A stretch of DNA of 45,455 bases, counting the filler, from Jimgerdemannia flammicorona (Eukaryota): NCBI GenBank assembly GCA_003990765.1. It is 2 parts of 2 records of this genome, joined end to end, with 100 filler letters (N's around TTAATTAATTAA, not from the genome) between each part and the next. Parts side by side here need not be neighbours in the genome. Positions count along the whole stretch, not along the records: positions 1 to 22,681 come from RBNJ01001228.1; positions 22,782 to 45,455 come from RBNJ01001229.1. One strand, 5' to 3'. Below the pieces are notes generated by a model. The model was not told the DNA's origin and did not search any database. It was given only the letters and a program-made list of their open reading frames with translations. A program made the translations under genes and the position numbers. Shown piece after piece: positions 12,400 to 23,455 of this stretch (position 1 is the first letter of the stretch; every line of letters begins with the position of its first letter).

Positions 12400-13300
12400 C
12401 TTCTTAAATAGATGCTGGTTCTTCTGATATTGTGTATGAGATAAGATCCTTCCCATTTGGTTTTCAGTTTGGTGGCAAAATTCATTTCAATCATGCTTCT
12501 CCCAACTAGTACTTGATCTCCAATCTTAATCTCCTGATCCTTCTGTTTTTGATTATAGTACTTCTTCTGTCTTTCTTGGGCTTCGATAATCTGACCTTGG
12601 GCTTAATTATGTAACTGTTTTGCTTTTTGAGAAGGTCTCCAAGATTCTCATGGTCAGCAGTTCTGGTTTTCTTGGCAAACATCATTTCAAATAGCTTCTG
12701 TTTGGTGGAGGCAGTAGGGGTGTTCTGAATTTCCCATAGGATCTCAGGTAAGCAAAGGTCCCAATTGGTAGGATTGACTCAGGCAAGTCCTTTCTTGATG
12801 GTCTGGTTCATTCTCTCTATCATGCCATTGGTCTGAGAGTGGTATGATGTGGTCTACTTGGGTGGATCTTGTGAATTCGGGTATAACTTGTGATTATGTT
12901 ATTGATGAATTCTGTGCCTCAGTCAGAGATGAGTTCTTCTGGGGGTCCATATCTAAGTTTGAGTCCATAGAGAAGGCCTACAATAGTTAAGGCATCTGTA
13001 ATTTCCATTGGGAAAGCCTTAAGCCACTTGGTCAGATGTTCTACAAGTACAAGAATATATTTGTTTCTTCTTGGTGTAACTGGTAAAGGTCTAATTATAT
13101 CTACTCCTCATCTTTGAAAGATGTAAGTAGGTGGGGGAATTGGTTGCAGAGGGGCTTGATAGTTCTTCTTTCCTTGATACTTCTGGTGGGTGTCACATTT
13201 CTGAATGGTGTCTTGGACTTATGCTCTGAGGTGGGGCCAATGTTGATATTGTTTTTTAATCTTGTCTTCTGTACTTGTCTGTCCTTGGTGGACTCTCTGG
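12400..13300 (-). pseudogene. Gypsy integrase
   Basis: KCDTHQK (HHCC relic), FQR*GVDII-PLPVTPRRNKYILVLVEHLTKW, YHSQTNGMIERMN, and the GPY/F-like WEGSY. Confidence 0.85.
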
Positions 13301-13523
13301 TGTTCTTGTCAGATGAGATCTTCTTGTTTTTTGATGGTCTGAGGAGCTTTCATTAGGGTGTAGTTCCTCAGGACACCCTTCTTCTGGTTTATTGGGGCTG
13401 GTGGAAAAGTATATCAACATTGTTGTGAGCTTTCTCTGCTTTGTGTATGATGGTGATTTTGTAATCCTGAAGGGTAAGGATCCAGCAGACTAGGATTCTG
13501 GTGGGTTCCTTGTAGTTGAATAG

Positions 13524-14036
13524 CTATTTGAGAGCTGCATGGTCTGTAATCAAGGTGAGCCTTTTTCTGATAAGGTAATGCTTGAACAGGGTGACTGCCC
13601 ATATGACTGCAAGACATTCCAGTTTGGTGCTACCATAGTTCATCTGCTGCTGATTGGTAGCTCTACTTGTATAAGCTATTACATAGTGCTGTTGATCAGG
13701 TCCTTCTTGGGCTAGAACTACTCCAAGGCCATCTTTAGAGGCATCTATATACAAGATGAATGACTTCTGTAGATTGGGGCACATAAGGATTGGTGCTGTA
13801 GTCATGTGGTTCTTGAGTTCTTTGAAGGCTTTTTCTTGTGATTCTGTCCATTTGAATGATACTTCTTCTTTGAAAAGAATTTGGATTGGGGCAGCGATTT
13901 GGGTAAAGTCCTCGATAAACCTTCTGTAGTAGGATACTAGTATCAGGAATGATAGTGTTTCCTTCAGGGTTTTGGGTATTGGCCAATTGTTGATCTTCTC
14001 AGTTTTCTTTCGGTCTGCATGAGTCCCTTCTTTCAA
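13524..14036 (-). pseudogene. Gypsy RT thumb/connection and RNase H
   Basis: YYRRFI, FKWTESQEKAF, LYIDASKDGLGVVLAQ, NYGSTKLECLAVIWAV, ITDHAAL. Confidence 0.9.
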
Positions 14037-14790
14037 AACTATAAATTTAAGGAATTCAAGTTTCTATTTCCCAAAGTAGCATTTCTTTGCATTCAATCTT
14101 AAGTGGTTCTTGCAGGTGAGCTTGAAGAAATCCTCTAGGTAGTTCAGGTATTCTTCAAAATTTGCTAAATAGATGTTGGAATCATCCATATATACAATCA
14201 GACAGTGGTGGTTAAAGGGGGCATAGAGTGAATTCATCATCCTCTGAAAAGTAGGGAGTGCATTGCAGAGTCCAAAGGGTATTCAGAGATATTCAAACAG
14301 TTTTCCTAAGACAAGGAAGGCTGTCTTTTGAATGTCTTTGGGGTCTATGGGAATCTCATGAAATTCTGCAAAGAGGTCTATACTGCTGAAGTATCTGGCA
14401 TCTTGTAACTGATCCAAGAGGTCATTGATTCTGGACAAAGTTTAGGCATCCTTTTCAGTGACTGAATTGAGTTTCCTGTAATCCACACAGAGTCTCCATC
14501 CTTCCTTCTTTGGTATGATAAGTATAGGGCTGGCCAAGGGACTGGTAGAGGGTCAGATGACTCCATTGTCTAAGAGTTCTTGAATGTGCTCCTTTTCAAA
14601 TGTTTTCAAGTGATGGAGTATTCTATAGAGTTTCTACCAGATGGGTGTTGCATTTACTGTATTTATACTGTAGTGATATGATAGATTATATGGCAGGTTG
14701 CCATAATTGGTAGTGAAGATATCTTGATACTTGTTGAGAAGTTCTACTAGTTGTTACTGTTGTTGAGGTGTCAATTCTTCTCCAATGTTG
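14037..14790 (-). pseudogene. Gypsy reverse transcriptase core
   Basis: [29 protein letters not shown] and YMDD read on the minus strand. Confidence 0.9.
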
Positions 14791-15204
14791 GTGGAAGGCT
14801 TCACTGTCTCCTGGGTCACAGAGGGGCCTTTCCTTTCTTCTGAAACCTTTTGTCATTTCCCGATAGGTTTAGTTCATAAACTTCTCTATGAGTTTGGTTG
14901 AGAAAAGGCACCAGATGTCCTATGATTGTTCTATTCAGCAAGATGATGGTTTCCCAACTTTGGTTGGTTACTCGGGAGAGTACTGGATTTATCTTGTCAG
15001 GGAATGTGTATCTCTCTATATCCAGATGGGGAATATCTTCCTTGGCTTCAAAGAAAAGAATTCTGAGGTCGGGTGGTACAAAGATTTCAAAGGTTGTTTG
15101 TTCTCTGGGCTCCAGGATAAGATTCTTGTGCAGTCTTACTTGTTGCCAGTACACTAGCTGGGGAACATTCCTCTTGAGGTAGTTGACTTGAAGGAGGTGT
15201 ACTT

Positions 15205-15630
15205 CTTTTCTGTCTGAACTTCCAAATCCCTTGGCTTGTCTTGTTCCTTCAGTTAGTTCAGAGACTTCTTGTAACAGTGGGGTCTTGACCTTCATGAAGA
15301 CTGTTTGGGCAATCTTCTGTTCTCTAATGATTCAGTGCCATTCTACACTACTGTTGTGTAAGATAACCTTAATTTCGCCTGTATATCCTGGGTCAATGGT
15401 TCCTCCTTCTATAGTTATTCCTTGTCTGGCAAGTCCAGACCTTGATGTCAGTTGGATGTAAGCTCCTTGGGGTGGCTGCATGGCTAATCTGGTTCTGATC
15501 ATGAAGGTTTTTCCAGACTTGATAGATTCATCCTCCAGACTGTGAAGATCATACCCTGTATCTTCTGGGTGAGCTTTGGTCAGGGGTTTGGCCTTGGGAT
15601 GTAGCAGACCATACTGGGCAATGTCCTTGC
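15205..15630 (-). pseudogene. dut: Trimeric-type dUTPase domain within gypsy pol
   Basis: Motifs I-V are all visible: TGYDL, SRSGLA, GGTIDPGYTGEI, IAQ, RQAKGFGSS. Confidence 0.92.
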
Positions 15631-16899
15631 TGAGTTTGGGCTGTCATAGGGCTGAAGCTCTACTAGCAGAGAGCCTCCAAGCTTTAAGATTGAGGTGTGG
15701 CCATCTGGCTCCAATAGAGGGGTCTTGGAGATAGTTGATTCCTCTTCTTCCTGTAGGGTCTAGGGCTTTCATAAAGTTGGTGGTATCTTCTGCCCATCCT
15801 TGGCAGATTGCATGTCTGATGAGAGCTTAGATGTCTTCTCCTAAATCATAGATCTTGAGGATCCTTTTTCCTGGCTTTTTGGTCTGGCTTTTTCAGAACT
15901 GGTTTCAGTTATCTCCTCTCTTCAAAGTATGGATTGCAACATCATGACTGAGATGAATCTTCTGATGTCTGCAGTCTCAGCAGTTGGAATGTCTTCCATG
16001 GTTGCAATATCCCATTGCTTGGAAATGATGTTCCCAGTTATTGATCTCTTGTTGTCTTGGGAATCAGTACCCATCTTGGTCATAAGTGGGTGGAAGAGTA
16101 GACAAGGGATATATTTCTGTCTGGGTAAAGAAGCCTTGTCCCCTGAATCGGCTTTACAACTTAGTGGTAACTTCTTGGAAGGTAGTTGACTGTGCAAGTG
16201 TGTTCAGGGGTTCTGGTCTCTGGGGTCTCTGTCTCTTCTGTTAGTCTAGAAAATGGCACTGATTACAGTAGTCTCGAGGAGAGTGGAAGACCATTTGGTG
16301 TGGACATCTTCCTAGTCAAAAAGCCTTTTCTTGGTGAGTTTCTTTCTTGGGAATAATGGTGATTATACTGGGTCCTTCTTCTGTATTCCAAGGGTCATTG
16401 TCTTCTGGTGGTGTCCAGTGAGAATCATTCCAGAGAATGAGTTCAGGGACCTCTTCTTCTTCAGGTGCTTCTTGTTCAGGGACTTCTTGGTCAGAAGTTT
16501 CTTCTTCCTTGGATGATTCTTGACCCAAAATTACTTGTACTTCTGCAGCTTTGGTTGCAGGTGTTTTCGGAACATGTCTCCATTTCTTTTTCTTCTTTCT
16601 GCATTCTGGGCAGGCTGTGCCAGGCGATTACCTTGTTCCCATGATCTTGGGGGAATGCTTGGGACACTTGTGTGATAGGACATCCTTTGCTTCTCCTGCA
16701 ATAGCTCCAATGGTGATAGGAATGGTGTTCTTGGCCCACACATTGTCTTCTGGTCTGTCATCCACCAGGTTAATTCGGGGATTGAGTCTGGGATTATTTC
16801 CATCTTCAGATTCTTTTTCCTCTTCTGTAGTCGACTCCTCACTGCTGGCATATTGTTCCTGAATAGTGACCTTTTTCTTCTTCTTCGATTGCTCAAAGC

Positions 16900-17280
16900 T
16901 GGTCACCTTAACTCTGTACTTCTTGCCTTGGTATTCAAACTTGAGTACTTGATGACCAATATCAACAACTGCATTCATTTCCTTCATCCAGTTGGTGCCA
17001 AGAATAATGTCATAGGTGACAGCTTCTGTGACAACAGCTTTGGGGATAGAGAACTGAATGTGTCCAAGAGAGATAGTGATGTTTCATACTTCTCCAAGGG
17101 GTTGAGTTTGGGCTCTATCTGCTACTATGATGCTGAGATTGTATAGTCCATCAATGGGCCATTGAAGGGTGTCCAGGAACTGTTTGGCAATGACACAGAT
17201 GGCTGCTCCTGTGTCAATGAGGATCTTTACCTTTTGTCCTCCAATATCTCTATATAGGTAGGTGCTGACATGTCTTTCAG
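16900..17280 (-). pseudogene. Retropepsin aspartic protease
   Basis: VKILIDTGAAICVI followed by YDIILGTNW. Confidence 0.9.
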
Positions 17281-17721
17281 CTGCTTCGACAGGGATGGGA
17301 GCTGGTTCTTGCTGTGGGATTGGGACTTGGCCAGTGCTAGACCTGGTAGTTCTCAACAATTTGTTTTGGACTCCAGCTGGTATCAGTTGCAGGAACTGCA
17401 GGAGAGGGACTTCTATCTTGGCCTCTTAGATCTTCTGCCAGGCTTCAGTGTAGATGTCTCTAGGCATAGTCTTTGGGATGTACATTTTCTTGAGCTTTGG
17501 GGCGACAGGTTGCTGTTCTTCTTGTTACATTTCTTTATCTTCTGGTGGCAACTCATTTGTCTCTGGGACAAAAGGTGAGGGAGTCCAGGGAGGTGTTTCT
17601 ACTTGTTCCTCCTCATGTTCTTCATCTTCTTCTTAGATGATTCTTCTGCTGACTACAGGTCTCTTCCTTTTCTCTGCTGGGTACACTATTTTTCAGGTGG
17701 TAACCTTAGTAGGGTACAAGT

Positions 17722-18922
17722 CTAAGTTACTGTAATCTTCACTGTTACTTGCTTCCTTGAAATCTTCAACAGGATGGGCTTCAGTTTTCTTATACTGAGT
17801 ATCATTCCTTTGGTTTGGTGGTTCTGAGTCCCTTCAGTTATTTCTTTTGTTGTCACATTCAGTAGCATAGTATCCAAATTGTCCACAATAGAAGCATTGG
17901 ACTTGGGCTCTGTCTCAGACAGAGCACCTTCTTTCTTCTTGCTGATAATTCCTGTTATCTCTTGGTGGATAACCTTGGCTCCTCTGTGGTGGGTATCCTT
18001 TGTTGTCTTGGTAGCCCTGATTTTCGCATGTGGTGAGTTTTTCAATCTGTCCAATCAACCAGTCCAACTTGGAGCTGAGGTCTTGGATTTCACTTCTGTC
18101 CTTCATTCCTTCCTTGACTGGCCTTCTTTCTTCAGATCTCTCTTGCCCTTGAAGGAGTCCTTGTAGGGCTTTAACCAGGATGTCTTCTTTATCTTCCTTC
18201 TTATCATGATCACTCCAGGTAGTTCCTTGTCTGACATCAAAGAATCCTTGGGCTGCATCTACTTGCTCTTTAGATCTTCTGATGCCTAGGGTGTGGATGT
18301 GCTGGGCAATATTTGGAGGAATTTCATTCATAAAGGTCATTGAACCTATGATGTCCTAGTTGGTGGCATTGAACTCTGCAGTATGCATTCTCTTCTGGAT
18401 TCTTGTGAAGAAAGCTCTGGGTGATTCTCTAATATTCATCTTCATCTCCATGATGGATTCTTGAGCCTTGTGGTGGGTTTTGTTTCCTGCATACTTTTCA
18501 ATGAGCCAGTGGACCATGGCCACATATTCTAGCTCATAAGATGCTGCTGCCTGTATCTGTCTTACCAATTTGGAATCAGGATTGTTTGCTGTTTGATGGA
18601 AAATTCCTCTGGCTGGTTCTCTGAGCTGAGCCTTGTAGATGGCGATTTTTCTTTTATCTGAGAGATTCCTCAGGGCTGCGATTCCTTCCATTCTGTCAAG
18701 GAATTCTATGGGGTCTTCCTCCGGGTATCCTGCAAAGGTTGGCAATGAGGTGGCCATTTCATCATCACTTACTTCTGATTCTGGTTTGTGTTTGGATTCT
18801 GATTCTGATTCACTTTCTGAACTATCACTGGAGATGAGGGTGGTTGGGTATCTTGAGGATAGTGTTTGGGACCTTGGATGAAGTGGAATAAGCTTAGTTA
18901 TTTTTGTAGGAGCTACTTCCAA
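17722..18922 (-). pseudogene. Gypsy gag with CCHC-type knuckle relic
   Basis: LPTFAGYPEEDPIEFL...ESPRAFFTRI, and CFYCGQFGYYATEC at ~17855-17900. Confidence 0.8.
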
Positions 18923-19297
18923 CTCTGCAAGGGGTTGTGGTAAAGGTTCTATTGGTGAGATTGATGGTACTGATATGGGGTGTCTGGCTGTAAGGTCTTG
19001 GGTTCATGTGATAAGATCTTCTAGTTCATGTACAAGTTCTTCAAAATCTCTAGCAGAGCTGCCTGTATTGTCTGATTGATCTGGTTGGGGATTTTGGGCT
19101 GTACTGCCTTCTGGTTCTAGTTGGGATCCTTCTGATGCTGGGTAGTTGGCAAGTCTTGATGTGATTACTTCTCTTCCTGTCCAAATGATGGTGATAACTG
19201 GTTCTCCTGTAGTAGCAGAGATTGGTGTTGTATCAAATGTATCCAGTTCGACTGTGGGTTCTTGTGAGCTGAAAAGTTATGTTGAAATTCTATTTGT

Positions 19298-19314
19298 TCC
19301 CAGTTGAGCCCCCA
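19298..19314 (-). promoter_or_regulatory. tRNA-Pro-type PBS
   Basis: TGGGGGCTCAACTGGGA lies 2 nt after the LTR and resembles the classical Pro PBS TGGGGGCTCGTCCGGGA. Confidence 0.8.
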
Positions 19315-19316
19315 AA

Positions 19317-20539
19317 TGTAATGTGCCTGGCTCAATAGAGGCAAATTACAAGGTTGGGAATTGATGTAGTTTGGCTTGAGCCCACAGTTACTTTGTTAAA
19401 AGCAACAAAATGTTCTTGGTATTTAGTGGTATAATAGTCAAGATCCAGATACTGTGCTAGCAGTTTCTTTTTGGGACAGGTTCTTGGGTGTAGCAGTAGT
19501 TTGTGTGAGCAGTTTTCTTCTTAGATGGCAGTCAATTTGTATGTAGTGCAAGCAGGTTCCTTATCCAGGTTGACTGGGAATGCTATGATTTTGTGTAGTG
19601 CTACAATCTCTGTGTAATGGTCTGGCAATTTAGCCGTTCTCCTTCTTGAGTGATGGGCGATCTCTGTATAGTGCCACAATCTCCAAAAGTATGCAATTTC
19701 TGACAGATGGCTCAATTTGGCATGGCTTCTCTGAAACTGTGGCTTACTGGAAATTATACTGGCAGTGGATAACTCAATTACTCAGGCTCACTGGGGACAA
19801 ATAACTCAGAGGTTGCAGAAACTCAGATGGTACAAATCAGGTTCTTCTGGGAATGTAGATAACTCAGAAATGATGGCTTCAACTGGAAATTAACTCAGAT
19901 AGTGCAGATTCTTTCTAAATCAGCGGCTTCAACTGGAAAATGGTGGCAAAGTTTTTCCTTGAACTTGGGTGGCAAATCTTCAGGTTTATCTGGCAAGCAA
20001 ACCAAAAACGGACTCATTCTTTGTATCGAAAAGTAGACCAGAGTGGAAAAAGGAAACCAATGCTCACAATCTCCTAGTAGTGGCTTTAGAGTGAGCATTT
20101 CTCCTAAGTGTTGCAATCCTTCCTGGATCAAGTGGCTTTTGGCAGGCTTATCCCTTGAAGTATAGTAGGCTGACTTGTCTTTTGCTTTTTGGATTCAATT
20201 TCGGACTCTTCTTTGTATTGGAAAGTGAACCAGAGTTGAAATGTGTTCGGAATTTCGGACTGAGGTTTATTCACTCTTATCTCTGGGGTATTTTATACAT
20301 TGTGGTTACTATCTGGTTGCTATCTGGCTAACTATAGATTTGCTATTTTTGGGTGGACAGCCAATGTCTCGTGGACAGTCACTGTCCAGAGAATAGCCAC
20401 TGTTCATATTATCCCCTTTTCCAGCTATCTGGTCATTCATACATTTTTCCACAGCAATGGTTGCTGGTTACTATGCTATGCTAATGTTCACATCACCCAG
20501 TTTGGTTTTGAGGTTGCTACATTTTTGTAGTTTATCATA
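19317..20539 (-). repeat. 5' LTR (family B)
   Basis: Direct repeat of 10562-11784. Confidence 0.95.
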
Positions 20540-22554
20540 GTATTAGTAATCTATTTATTAGACTACTTCAGATTATTCTTTTGAGGCTTAATTTGCCAAA
20601 ATGTCCCAATTGTTGAAGCCATATATTGAATATAGTTATTATATATATATATAGAGATATTCATACTATTCCTATTCAACATACTATTGATATTTAAAGA
20701 TTACTATATTTTGAGATTGTCATTAGCTCATTTTTATCCAAATTATATACAGTTATATACTTTGAGTAAATATATATCTCTTTATTACTATGGGACATCA
20801 TTTTGCTGATCAAAAAGTAGTTTTTACTAATTTCTAAGATATATAGTATATATATCAAAAAAGATACTATCAGGTTCTATAATATTACTATAGAGATGTA
20901 TCTTTATATTTTCTTATCCTTAAGTATAGATAATGTTGTTATCTCCTCGTTTGATATGTATAGAGTATTTAAAAGACTCATATATAGAAAACTATTCTCT
21001 ATATAGTATCATATATTATATGGCTCCAGAATCTATTAGCCAGATATTGTTATCATTGGCTATGTTTGTAGTATATTTTCTGCTGGTAGTACTAAGTGAA
21101 AAGAATTTTGCTACTGACCAGAATTCATAGATTATAGATTGGAAGATGACAGATTGGTAAATTTGATAGTAGTAGAACTACTCATTGATCTCATACTGAT
21201 AGAACTAGTAGGAATATAGTTATCTATATGTATTGTTTGCATGAAATACATATTACTATTGTCATCTATTTTAGTAATGTTTATATTATCACACTTCTCT
21301 TTACCTCAATAATTCTTTCCACATCTATACTGGATTTTTCTGTACTTATTTTCATTACTCTCTTTGTTATTTTCTCAGTGATAGCAATTGTACTTCCTAT
21401 ATCTCTACTTGCAACAATATTCACTATAACTATTATACTTGGTTAATTGACTGGACTGATTATTGAATTTATTTTGGATTTGGGTTCATCAGTCTTATTT
21501 CCTATGTTTTTGACTATTTTTGTAACTACTATCTATCTACAGAATTCTAGAAGATATTTTTATCATCATTGCTACCATTTTCTAGACACTTTTCCTTATT
21601 TATGAGGCTCATTATTATGTCAGTATAGTTCATAAGTCTGCTGCTATTATGACAACAACATTATATATACTAGAAGATCTCTTATAAGTAATATAATCTT
21701 ATTATCATTGCCAATACAATTTGCAGATATGTCAAGAGAATTTACTTAATTCACCAGATTGTTAATATAACTGGTGTATTTGTGAAAACTCTTCTTAGAT
21801 TTCATTTATATATTAAATAGCTGAGATTTCAGATAGAATCAATTTAATGCAAATACTTATAAGTAAAAATTATAAGAGTCTCTCAAACATTGTATGCCAT
21901 TATAGCATACATTATAAGCTTTGTTTGCAAATTTGATAATGTGAATATAATCTTGTATAATGCTTAGTAAATGTTTATAGCATCATAATCTTGAACAGTG
22001 CTTATGGTTTCATATACTCAGCTAAGTCATATTTGTCAAGGAGATTTAATATATAGAATGTCCAAATGGTATAATTTTTCCCATTGAAGATTAGGATGGA
22101 TCTCTTGACTGTATTTACACTTTCAACTAGGACTGTGTTTTCTGTATTTATTGAGGTTACATCTATAGGAATACTCATGATTAATATATCCATATTACTG
22201 TGTATATTGCTAGATGGATCATCTGATATTTCTATCACAGTGTATATTAAAGAGATATATTCTTTACTATAGCCACTTCATACTAGTGGGACTTATAATC
22301 TTTGTTATAATTAGGAGTGATTTTATTGAAGTTATATAGGTTGTATATTTGATATATTACTGATAAATGATGTAAAACTGATGGAATAGTATAAGTCAGA
22401 TGCTAATATATCAAGTTACTATTCCAACAGTAGTCTTAAATTAAGAGGCTGAGAGTAGTCTTAATTTGTATGACCAGATAGCTTAAATTGTAGAAAACTT
22501 TATATATTTACTATCTTGATTTAAGACCATCTGACTTTTAGATTTTATAGCTAT

Positions 22555-22681
22555 TGTAACGTGCCGGCTCAATGGAGGCAAATTACAAGGTTGGGGGTTG
22601 ATGTAGTTTGGCTTGAGCTCCCAGTTACTTTGTTAAAAGCAACAAAATGTTCTTGGTGTTTAGCGGTATAATAGTCAAGAT
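22555..22681 (-). repeat. Edge of a further family-B LTR, cut by the gap
   Basis: Matches 10562-10688 and retains more CpGs. Preceded by CTAT. Confidence 0.9.
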
Positions 22682-22781
22682 NNNNNNNNNNNNNNNNNNN
22701 NNNNNNNNNNNNNNNNNNNNNNNNNTTAATTAATTAANNNNNNNNNNNNNNNNNNNNNNNNNNNNNNNNNNNNNNNNNNNN
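22682..22781. other. Artificial gap/contig linker
   Basis: 44 N + TTAATTAATTAA (stops in all six frames) + 44 N. Confidence 0.98.
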
Positions 22782-23059
22782 CTCAAAAAGGGTTTAATAC
22801 TGGCAATTAAAGATAAGAATGAGTTAAAACAAGACCTAGTCCTCAGATAAATATAACTACTCACCCCAAAGGCTTTTAAGAAGACTTATAAGGAAGAACA
22901 GAAGATCCTCTCTCACCAACCTTTGGAGATCTTTATAATTGAAGACAATAATAACAGTATCTATACTATCATATGGGCCCTCTAGATCACTCTATCTATC
23001 TATAAAAAATATTGAAAAAGGTATCCAATAAGTAAGGAAATCAACATGGCCTTTCACCA

Positions 23060-23455
23060 GTAACATTCAGGTGACACAAGACTCAGACAACACTTTTTAC
23101 AATGTTTTTGATGTCCGATGACTAACAACATGGATGGCAACAATCAAACTGGTGAGCGTACTGGCCAGGGGGGTGACAGCACCTTTGGCTGACAGCAGGT
23201 GGGGAGGAGGGGAGATGGTTTGGGGATGCCAGGGGCCTCGATGGCTAGCTGAGGCCCTGGTGGCAGAGGGAGGGGCAGTCTGAGGCAGAGAGGAGGGGAG
23301 AGGTCGACCTTTGCTGACAAGGTCAGAATGGGGAAGATGGCTTCTGGGCTAGATGGTTGGCTGGGCCTAGGGAAGACATCAATGGCTACTGCTGGGGGTC
23401 AGGGAGGTGCACCCCAAGGTACTTCTGGTGGTAGGGAAGGGGCCGGAGCAGTGCC
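23060..23455 (+). mobile_element. 5' end and ORF1 start of another LINE (copy D)
   Basis: actggccaggggggtgacagcacctttggctgacagcaggtggggagg matches the ORF1 start at 41057-41104. Gly-rich. Confidence 0.65.

Larger units (their letters stand above)
10562..20539 (-). mobile_element. Full-length, degenerate Ty3/gypsy LTR retrotransposon with dUTPase
   Basis: ~1.22-kb LTRs, GTAT TSD (10558-10561 and 20540-20543), PBS and PPT. Domain order gag-PR-dUTPase-RT-RH-IN. Confidence 0.95.
9250..22429 (-). mobile_element. Decayed Ty1/copia element hosting the gypsy insertion
   Basis: LTR 22303-22429 and PBS-like gattataagtcccactag. Gag motif FNGKNYTIW...LLDKYDL in ORF 22002..22238. Integrase relics (DIC, QQN-x-IA) at ~10140-10450. 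Left limit approximate. Confidence 0.7.

Noticed and set aside
22726..22737. Palindromic TTAATTAATTAA within the N run
   Set aside because: Six-frame-stop linker centred in exactly 100 bp; an assembly artefact.
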